A stretch of DNA of 45,359 nt from Priapulus caudatus (lineage: Eukaryota): positions 680,037 to 725,395 of the forward strand of contig NW_014577068.1 of NCBI RefSeq assembly GCF_000485595.1. The letters run 5' to 3'. Positions within the stretch are counted from its first letter, which is position 1. Every line of letters starts with the position of its first letter. A program made the translations under genes and the position numbers. Under the pieces are notes generated by a model that had not been told where the DNA came from, did no database searches, and saw only the letters and a list, made by a program, of their open reading frames with translations. Positions 36,901 to 45,359 of this stretch are shown piece after piece.

Positions 36901-39900
36901 GACAACCTCCGTTTCTAGCTGCTTTAGCAGGGCCTCAGACTGGCTGCTGGGACCAGTGGTCAGCAGCAGCAGGTCCTCTTTGGCAAGGTGCATTCCGCGC
37001 GGCGGCTTGCGCTTGATCTTGACCGGGTTGTGGCGGGATGTCGGACCCTGCGACTCCAATCGGCGTGCCGGACCCTGACTGGACCGCATCAAACCTGTGC
37101 GTCTATCGCGAAACAACAACTCTATAATTATACTGTAGAAATGCTGTAATCACACTGTCAGCTGCTGAGAACATATTCCCAGATTATCTCAATTCAGTAA
37201 TCAAACCAGAACTTCTCTCCATTTCACAAAACCAGCTATTCCCTCTCTCCTCTTGTCAACTATGTGAAGACTTAAATATATGAACACATTGGAACAGTTG
37301 ACAACATTAAAAGCTACAGCAAGACACGGTAACTCTACTAACTATTCAATCTTCATCCTTAATTTAACGATTCCGTCAACAAGTCAAAAAGAACTACATA
37401 GTATGGAATGGTCAATTATACCTCCAGTACTGATAGCAGGAATTGCACAGGGATCCTCGGGGGGTGGAATGGACCTGCGAGACAATTGCCGAGCAGTTTG
37501 AACAGGTTCCTTTGCCACCCACAGTACTGCCCTCCTCAGCCTTCTCATCCGACTTGCCGGCAACACTGTCTTCTGGTTTTACCTCAGACTTTGTCTTCTT
37601 CACCTTGTCATAACATTCCATATCGCTGTCGCTCGCCGACTCATCGCTGTATTGTATCAACAGCAGACACCATGGCTCAGCAAATGACTACAGTAGAACG
37701 GGGCTGTTTATAGCAGCTTTACTGTATCATATTAAAGTGATTACGTCACCGTATATAGTAAAAGTCAAAAAATGATGTCCACTTTTTCATAAAATGTAAG
37801 TGATTCTGTTCACTTTTTATGGTGTAATTGCTGCATTATACTTCCTATTTTGCTATTCTGTTCGATGTGAACATACACTCGTGACTCATACATAGCCCAT
37901 ACGCATTTAATGTCGTGATCAATATATCAAATCGGCCAGATTTTTTGGATTTTTAACTAGTTGAAAAACAATCTTATCAGGTAAGAATTTGAGGATACAT
38001 TTAGTGTCATTAGTACTTATTTTTCATGTAAAAACATTGCAACAATTTTTTTTATAAATATACACCATAGAAAATGTGTGACGTAGTCAATTTAAGAGTA
38101 ACATTATTTAATCTAAACATACCGCTGCTCTGTGAGTGACAGTTTCAACAACCAGTCTAGCTGTCTTTGTCAAGCAGAATGAAGTAGCAAAATTGTTCAT
38201 GAATTGAACTAACAAATGCAAGTTTCTGCCTTCACAGTTACAGCTCATGGAATTTAGCATCATATTTGCATATTTGATAAGCTCCATAGGACGATGTAGC
38301 AATTACAACTACTGACTGCTGCTCTTTATCGACCATATCTTACCTGCCTGCCTGGCTTCCCAGCTTTCTCAGATGGCGATCCATAACACTCGTGCGAGAA
38401 CGAGTTTTTTTCCAGTAGTAATAGTACTTCACCAGACTGGAGATAGTTTTATCCGGAAGCTGCAACAAACAGATTTTTCAATAAATTAGCTCAAGTTAAC
38501 AAGCTAATTACTACTACTAAAATTAGCCAATAGAAACTTTCCTTTGAACAAATAATTAATCTCCCCCACAACAAATATAGCAAACACTCGTATTGCCAGC
38601 TCCTAGAAATAACATACAATTATGACGATTTGACATAAAACCATAATTTTAAATCTATTAGTTTTTAAGATTAACCTAAAAATTGCTTTCTATACCATTA
38701 CAGGTTACATTTATGAAGATAGGATTATTCTATTCAAAAATATCTACATACCATCTGCTTAATTCTGTGAAAGCTTTTTCCATGGAACCCAAATGCTTGT
38801 TCAAATAGCACCTTATCCTCAACTGTCCATTCATCTGGGAAAGGAGTGAAGTTGGGCAGGTCTGCTAATGCCTTCTCTAAGTTGTGTTTGTGCCAGAACA
38901 GCATGCCCAGAGCCTGTAAAAAGACAATTATTTATATCACCAACATTACCTTTACTCGAGATAAAAGCTAATATATTTACCCCAACATTACCTACACACC
39001 TTTTATATAATAAACAGTATGAATTTAAAGGAATACTTGACTCTAGGTTCTATGGTTATTTGCAGTTGATTTAGGTTAAAATTACGCTTCATAAAGTTTT
39101 ATGGTTCAATATTTATTAGAAATGTTTAAAAAAAATGTTTTACAACTGACGGCTATACCGTTGCTTACAACGATGGCGGTGTCACTGGCAGCGCGCCCAC
39201 TGAAAAGTTGCGCAAAGCAACGTTTCGGCTGCAGGCTACAGACTGGGGTTTTGGCCTCGTTGCGCCGCCGCCGCCGCAGAGATTTCCTTGCGAGTGCTCT
39301 ACCGGCTGCAGTTTTTCTCAGATCATCTTCAAATTTCGCATGAAGGTGCGTTATCGTAAAGCAAAGACGCCAATCGTTTTTGGTGTGGGCAGAGTCATCG
39401 TTGCCATGGTAATAACATTTTTTGTCGAAATATTCTAGAACCTGTAACTTCTGCAGTTTTTACCCGATTGTCATGAAATTTGGCACACAGAATCAATATA
39501 TACTTTTTTTAATATATAGGACATGTTATATCGGCCCTGTGTCCCAAATTCCATGACAATCGGGTAAAAACAGCACAAGTTACAGGTTCTACAATATTTC
39601 CACAAAAATGTTGTTACCATGGCAACGATGACTCCGCCCACACCAAAAACGATTGGTGTCTTCGCTTTACCATAACGCACCTTCATGCCAAATTTGAAGA
39701 TGATCCGAGATCGGGTAACCAGATTCCATATACTTGCACATCTGAGGCAGACCAGTTGTCTAACAAACCTTTGTCTTTGTGACTTATTGAACTTTACCTG
39801 CCTTCTACGTCCTTACAGAGATATTCCATTCATACTAGATCATGGGGGATACATATAGTTGGCGACAACTGCTCGTTTCTAGTTTATTATTGTAATAGCA

Positions 39901-42900
39901 GAAGGATTGCAATATATTATAAATGACATAGTTTCAGTTATAATATGGATAAATTTGCCCTAAAATGAATATCGTTCGGTTAAATATCATTTAGGTATAA
40001 ATATAATTGCACTTAAATTGTGATTAGCCCTCGGTCTGTAACGTGCAAAATATTTTGGCAAATGCGCAACTTTTTCAGGGTGGCAGCACGGTCGCAGGTG
40101 TCATTGTCAGCGCCCAAAAATAAAGATTTCGAAATTCAATGTTGTTTTATGACAAACGTGAATGCGTAATTATAGATATTCATAGGTATGTGCTATTATT
40201 TATAAATCTACTATCATAATATACTCTCAAATTCTAGAGTAACATATTCCTTTAAAAAGACAGTAGCCTCTAGGATTTTACTGCATACAACTGTACTTAC
40301 TGTATAACAATTAAATCGTCTATACCCACACGTATTTGTTACCAGATACCTAATTTAATTGTTGTAATTAATTACACATCAACGCTACAAAATTTGAACA
40401 GCGTAATGACACCCGCGACCGTGCTGCCACCCCGAAAAAGTTGCGTATTTGACAATTTATTTTGCCCGTTACAGACCGAGGGCTAATCACAAAAGTGCAA
40501 TTATATTTATACCTAAATGCTATTTAACCGAACGATACTCATTTTAGGGCAAATTTATCCATATTATAACTGAAACTATATGTCGTTTATAAAATATTAC
40601 AATCCTTTTGCTTTTAAATGAATAAATAAGAAACACCCTCGGTCTGTAGCCCTTGGCTGGAAAGTGGTTTTGCGCAACTTATCAGATCGTGCGCTTTGAG
40701 TGGCGCCACCGTCGTTGTAATCAAGCTGTAGTCGTTAGTTTTAAAACATTTAAAAAAAATATTTCTAATGGTGATTGAACCATGAAACTTTTTATGTAGC
40801 GTAATTATAACCTAAATTAGCTGAAAATAACCCTAGAACCTAGAGTAAACTCTCCCTTTAAGATTCATATAAATTTGGGAATTACGATTACTTCATTACA
40901 TATTGTATATATCAGCACTTGTAACTGATAGTTCCATTAAAAAACATACAACAGTAAGTTAGTCAGTAATTATAATTGCTAACGAGACTATTAAATCCAT
41001 GAAATATGCTGCAACAGCTCACCTGTTCCATGTTGTATCCATACATCTCTTTGGCGATTCTCAGGTACTCTTCCACTGCAAGTTGATGAAGATCTCGTTG
41101 CAAAATAATGATACATTTAATTTACCCATCAAATTGCAATCCTCTAAAATCTTTCAGCTTGTTATCTCATGGACATGGGCAATCTAAGCTATCACGATAA
41201 ATTATAAAATGATAATAAGCAATTTTAATCATAATGACTATATCTATACTTACATTTGGCATCTACGTTCTTATCATCAGGCCTCCATATGAGAAGTGCT
41301 TTGTGTTTGGATTCTATCTTGATGTCTATAGTAAAGTAATTGTGAAATTATCACATCTATTACCAATCCACAATTCTGGATCTGGATCTGGATAATATAG
41401 TTCATGGCCACAGTGGTACAGTATTATGCACTGGAGGTTTCTGTAGAGATTACCTCATGCTTTCTGGATGCAGATTACGCTCGTGCGAATTTTGATTCTT
41501 GTAAATCGGACTAGGAATATGCTGAACTGAATGAAACCGAGGGCCATGATTGCTTTATCTCCTCAGTGATTCTTTTATGCCCCCATTACAGACAGAGATG
41601 GGTCACCATTTTACATGGATTCACACAAGGGATTCATAGTTATCAGTGTTAAGAGTTAGATATTTACACCATGAAGAAATTCACATTATTTATATTAGTC
41701 TTTCAATTCATATTATTTTTTTTTATAAAATAATATATGAAGATATTTGCAGACGTGTGTGCACAAATGGGCCCCCGGTATTCATTTTCGCAACTGTGCT
41801 AAACTAGGATAGGGCCGACGCGTGTAACAGTAGAATCCAGCGTCGCACGTGCATGCAGATTCTAAAAATTCTTTGGCGGAATTCATCAAAGTAAAAGGAT
41901 TTTTAAAAACCACATAGACTTCGGGCAGTTATTACAGTAAATTTTGCATACAGAATCAATATTTCTTGCCTGAACTTAAATTAATATTGTATTTTCTTTG
42001 ATTTATGCATGGTTGTTCTTTTTCTGTCTTCAATATGGTGCCTTGGATAATATATCAGACTGATATGGACTAATATCAGGTTAAGGGTATGTCTAATTTT
42101 GAAAAAATATTGTGATAATTGTGAGCTGTGTAGAATGATTGTGAGAAGTAAATAATTGTGAGATGTGCCCTTGTGATAATCCCTAGTAGTTACTTAATTA
42201 CCATCTTTGACATATATACAATCCATATATTTTGGGTTGCCAAATGTGACATCTAATAATAACTTTTTGGCGCAGGTATGTAATGTATACTATCTAATCA
42301 AATATAAAAATTGTGCTGGGAAGACTGCTGGAAAAGTATTTCTATTTGTAACAAATAATATGAATAATAATAGTAATTAGTATGCTGTTTAAACAATAAA
42401 CATGCCACCTTTGTAGTCCTGGACAACTGCTTGATATTCCTCTCCAATGCGCATGCCATTATCTGAAAAGAATTAATAATGGTAATTAAAACCTTGATAT
42501 CGCTACTGCTACTCAACGGGTTTCAAAAGCACAAGCTCTTGGAACGTCTCAATAAAAAAAGGTAAATAAACACGAAATGTATTTACTACCAGTCTTAATA
42601 TTTCTCTACTCTATTTCGCCTATAATCACCTGTAAATGCCGGTCAAATGCTCACCTGCAACACACAAGTAAGCCGCACGCTAGCTGCTGCACACTGACAC
42701 ATAAATATATAGTAGAACATATAAAAATATAAAACAAAACTATAGGCCCCTAGCCCTATATTTATGTGTCAGTGTGCAGCATCTAGCGTGCGGCGGCCAG
42801 CGTGTGACACTGTCACAGTGTGTTGCAGATGAGCATTTGGACGGCATTTACAGGAAATTGTCGGCAATAATAGGTGAAAGAGAGTAGAAAAACATTAAGA

Positions 42901-43157
42901 CTTTGGTAGTAAATAGATTTCGTATTTATTTAGCATTATATTTTAATGAAACGCTCCAAGTGCCTGTGTTCAAAAGTGGAGCCCAGCTTCCAGCTTCAAG
43001 CATTTTGGTCTACGGTGGCTGAGTAGGGAAAACTACATCGCTTACCTTCGCTTGAATCAGACCCGCTTTCATCGTCACTAAACTGTCCATTTGGGCTAGG
43101 CCTTCGAGACCTGCGACCATTCCTGATGTCTTCCCCGTTTGCACTAGCCATCAGCAT
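33819..43157 (-). CDS. CoRest: REST corepressor (CoREST/RCOR family), complete, 13 coding exons, ~587 aa
   Basis: Exons splice in frame (1764 nt): [27 protein letters not shown]2 ([12 protein letters not shown]...LIWRP...[36 protein letters not shown]); SANT1 ([12 protein letters not shown]...[18 protein letters not shown]); KRKPPRGM coiled coil; SANT2 ([32 protein letters not shown]). Confidence 0.96.
34248..34540 (-). CDS. CoRest: CoREST exon 12 (poly-Ala/Thr, poly-Gly, Pro-rich low complexity)
   Basis: tcaacag|METSQGSG...AAAA...GGGG...[16 protein letters not shown]|gtaccc; phase 0-2. Confidence 0.82.
34792..35012 (-). CDS. CoRest: CoREST exon 11 (SANT2 + acidic tract)
   Basis: taccag|(G)[48 protein letters not shown]...EKEEK|gtatca. 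Confidence 0.94.
35157..35214 (-). CDS. CoRest: CoREST exon 10 (SANT2 start)
   Basis: atgcag|[20 protein letters not shown]|gtacaa. Confidence 0.92.
35285..35380 (+). mobile_element. Probable MITE terminus (CAGTGTTGTAGTCGAGTCC) with (GAGTCC)n array, cut by gap
   Basis: CAGTG start followed by hexamer tandem; other end lost in N run 35381-36324. Confidence 0.4.
36542..36619 (-). CDS. CoRest: CoREST exon 9 (coiled coil)
   Basis: gtctag|[26 protein letters not shown]|gtgagt. Confidence 0.9.
36886..37102 (-). CDS. CoRest: CoREST exon 8 (KRKPP.GM / LSD1-binding coiled-coil start)
   Basis: gatag|(R)[10 protein letters not shown]...[17 protein letters not shown]...[11 protein letters not shown]|gtatgt. 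Confidence 0.92.
37422..37646 (-). CDS. CoRest: CoREST exon 7 (acidic linker + CX2C-X15-CX2C zinc-finger-like motif)
   Basis: atacag|(S)[11 protein letters not shown]...[31 protein letters not shown]|gtataa; 225 nt, phase 2-2. Confidence 0.85.
38344..38459 (-). CDS. CoRest: CoREST exon 6 (SANT1)
   Basis: ttgcag|[40 protein letters not shown]|gtaaga. Confidence 0.94.
38752..38913 (-). CDS. CoRest: CoREST exon 5 (ELM2/SANT1)
   Basis: ttacag|[54 protein letters not shown]|gtatgt. Confidence 0.95.
39029..40251 (+). mobile_element. Kolobok-like MITE copy 1 (TTAA TSD), interrupted by a nested insertion
   Basis: TTAA|AGGAATAC...CTCTAG ... CTAGAGTAACATATTCCT|TTAA; RR/YY termini and TTAA TSD. Confidence 0.65.
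39250..39875 (+). mobile_element. Nested insertion with a ~175-bp-arm internal palindrome (39317-39709); Helentron/DINE-1-like non-autonomous element(s)
   Basis: Absent from the mirror Kolobok copy; short (GCC)n near 5' end, AAATTTGGCA motifs, 3' stem-loop AGTTG-GCGA-CAACT, T-rich junctions. Confidence 0.5.
40256..40857 (-). mobile_element. Kolobok-like MITE copy 2, inverted, sharing the central TTAA with copy 1
   Basis: 40400-40857 is the reverse complement of 39874-40105 plus 39029-39250; ends CCCT|TTAA. Confidence 0.65.
41023..41075 (-). CDS. CoRest: CoREST exon 4 (ELM2)
   Basis: ttgcag|(L)[17 protein letters not shown]|gtgagc. Confidence 0.92.
41254..41325 (-). CDS. CoRest: CoREST exon 3 (ELM2)
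   Basis: ctatag|(D)[24 protein letters not shown]|gtaagt; phase 1-1. Confidence 0.85.
42409..42462 (-). CDS. CoRest: CoREST exon 2 (ELM2 start)
   Basis: ttttcag|(D)[18 protein letters not shown]|gtggca; donor weak, a GC donor at 42406 is also in frame. Confidence 0.85.
42518..42984. mobile_element. Foldback/long-TIR MITE in CoREST intron 1
   Basis: ~190-bp imperfect inverted arms (e.g. GCTGCACACTGACACATAAATATA / TATATTTATGTGTCAGTGTGCAGC); GGG...CCC ends; no clear TSD. Confidence 0.7.
43046..43157 (-). CDS. CoRest: CoREST coding exon 1
   Basis: ATG 43157 (alternative ATG 43151) [38 protein letters not shown]|gtaagc; RNGRRSRxPSPNG resembles the insect CoREST N-terminus. Confidence 0.85.
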
Positions 43158-44007
43158 ATCGTTTGATGGTGCAAACAAGTAAGAAGTTACAATAAAATTA
43201 AATGAGCGCAGCTCTCCTTCCCTCTCTGTTCCGCTACCAACCAAACAACCTACAACCATGCGTCGCTGAGATATAGGTCTGCAATTATTACAGTTTCACC
43301 TTAATTAAGCTATGTAATTGTTAACAATAAATTCGAATCCTAGCCAATACCACATTTCTCGTTAAATTATAACCCATTCATAGCGATATAACGTTGTTAA
43401 TTCATGTGCAACTGACACGCAATTCCCAACACCTGCCTTGTGTATTACTCCGCCGGCATAAATGTAGTTCGTATAGCGATTTCTTTGGTACTCTCGAACG
43501 ATATATTTTATATTGCCACCGACGTTTCTGCTAAATAAATGCTACGAATAACCCCCGCACAGACATAGATGTATTGCATCGTTATATTTATGTATTATAT
43601 ACAAAGCTATTATAAAATCTTATTGATTTTTCTTAGAAATGTCATTTATTTTCTAGCTGCGACATGGCGCTTTCGAACCACCGTATTATAGCACCTATTC
43701 TGAGCGTACGTCGGTACCTAATGTTATGTCGCCTACTCACAGACTCGATTGGCACAGTACTCAGGCTACTGTAATAATCATATAACGCATGAACCGAAAA
43801 ACAAGCTTATCATCCAATTGCATTATTTACTGTTCAAAACTGTGACAACCTCTTATAAAGCACTGTAATAACTATATATTTACTGATATCACCAGACCAC
43901 GTGTACGCTTTTTTACGTTGCTGCGTGGCCACGTAGATATATAATATATGGGCACGTATAGGCCTATATGAACAAGTGTATTTATGCTTGCTATGACCAT
44001 GCATATG

Positions 44008-44189
44008 CAGGGGCGTGTACAGGGGGGGGGGTCCAGGGGGTCCGGACTGCTCGCGCAGAAAACGCATCTAAGGGGGTCTAATTTCAAAAAATTTCTGGGG
44101 GAGGCCCCGCAGACCCCCCCCCCCTTCGCGTGCTCGCAAGTTTGGGTTACGGTTAGACCCCCCTGGTACAAATACTGTACACGCCCTTG
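44008..44189. mobile_element. CAGGGGCG-type MITE with apparent 5-bp TSD ATATG
   Basis: TIR CAGGGGCGTGTACAG / CTGTACACGCCCTTG; ATATG at 44003-07 and 44190-94. Confidence 0.8.
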
Positions 44190-45268
44190 ATATGGCATGT
44201 ACATATATATTATATTATATATGTATCATCATGAGTATTCTCACATGTATCATATCATTGCGTCGATATGTACTGCTTTTTCGCGTGTTATCGAGAACCT
44301 GGCGTTGGTAGACTTGGTATAATTAAATTAATTGTCGATGATACTGCATTGCATACGATTCACCGATTCAATGGGGCACTGGCGACCCCCCTTTGGCCAA
44401 GCAAAGATTTTACCGTCTGTTGTTGTGGCGTGACTTGTCAGTTGTCAAGTCAATTGTTGCTGTCAAATGCACAGGAATCGCATCTACGAAGTTTCGTATG
44501 ATGAGGATAGCGGGATGACCTCCGGACCACCTCCCCCTAACCACGGGCTTCACAACGGTGAACCTCGTTGTTCGCAGGGAACTCCACCATTTAGGCCTGG
44601 GTCCTGGATCCGCCACTGTTGATTGTTTTATTAGTGGCATGGCAGAGCAAAGTCCAAGACAGATAGAGTGTCCATTCTCAGCGAACTACGACGATTTCCA
44701 TTTCATAGCGTATTAACAGAACCGGTTTAGAAGTGCTCCGTGTATAGTCAGGCCGGGCTGTAGGTCTTAATAAGGAACTCTCTCATGCAATTTATTTAGA
44801 TTCTCTATCATCATTCACAGCTATTCCGCCAGCTGATCTGTTTTTAACGCAGGTACGCCCTGCGTTCTCTGTGAACCGCTTGTTACACGAAGTAAGCTAC
44901 AAGCAGATGTTGTAAATCCCTTTACTTGCTTATGTGAAGATTCCAATTCTTAACTTGTGTAATAAGATACGATGACTCTTCAGATAAATACTGAGTTGAG
45001 CTCCTAGTATATCCTCTAAATATATCGGTGTGGACAACGGCTTCCAGATAAACTCTTCTTCATTGCGGGTCTTGGGAAGACATGAATTCGAGCTTGTTTG
45101 ATTTTTTTCTGGATGCCGCCATTTGTACGGGAAATAAAGAAGTATGTGAGATATATCAAGGCACGCAACTCCTGGGTATACGACTGGCGCTGAGAGGGTC
45201 TATGTCCCCCAGGGTACTGCCGGAATGTACCCTGGGTACGGTCCGGTATACTGGAACGTACCCTGGTA

Positions 45269-45359
45269 CAGGGGCGGCGCCAGGGTATTTGCATAGGGGG
45301 GGCGAAACCAGGGGCGGGTAGAGGACCACGCGAAGGGGGGGTCTGGGGGGCTCTCCCCC
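45269..45359 (+). mobile_element. Left end of a related CAGGGGCG-type MITE, truncated by window edge
   Basis: CAGGGGCGGCGCCAG start and GGGGGGTCTGGGGGG motif as in 44008. Confidence 0.55.

Noticed and set aside
41454..41526. Exon-like segment on - strand (…[24 protein letters not shown]|gtaatc) in CoREST intron 2
   Set aside because: Lengths of 68 or 73 nt break the phase 1-1 junction; at best a poison exon, with no further support.

Overview
Repeat-rich eukaryotic (invertebrate animal, draft assembly with N gaps) genomic window holding two convergent spliced genes. On the + strand are the 3' 14 coding exons of a conventional beta-spectrin (16162-30323): end of repeat 13, repeats 14-17, linker, PH domain and [10 protein letters not shown] tail. 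Its upstream exons are not visible, so 1-16161 appears to be one very large intron. On the - strand is a complete 13-exon CoREST/REST corepressor gene (43157-33819, ~587 aa by my splice reconstruction): ELM2, SANT1, an extra C4 zinc-finger-like exon, coiled coil, SANT2 and an Ala/Gly/Pro tail. The two genes' candidate poly(A) signals face each other within ~100 bp at ~32.5-32.6 kb. Introns are full of non-autonomous DNA-transposon derivatives (Sola2-, Harbinger-, hAT-, Tc1/mariner-, Kolobok-, Helitron/Helentron-like and foldback types), mini/microsatellites and local duplications. The most interesting unexplained signals are: (i) orphan coding-like, ATG-initiated exons plus a TATA/Inr promoter inside the large spectrin intron, suggesting internally initiated 'mini-beta-spectrin' isoforms or a nested gene; (ii) a ~38-bp-periodic cluster of CTCF-like motifs just upstream of the first visible spectrin exon; (iii) a family of ultra-short (25-65 bp) CA...TG hairpin insertions with 7-bp target-site duplications, one with a paralogous empty site; (iv) candidate alternative spectrin exons after the last repeat. 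All splice models were read by eye and no database search was run.
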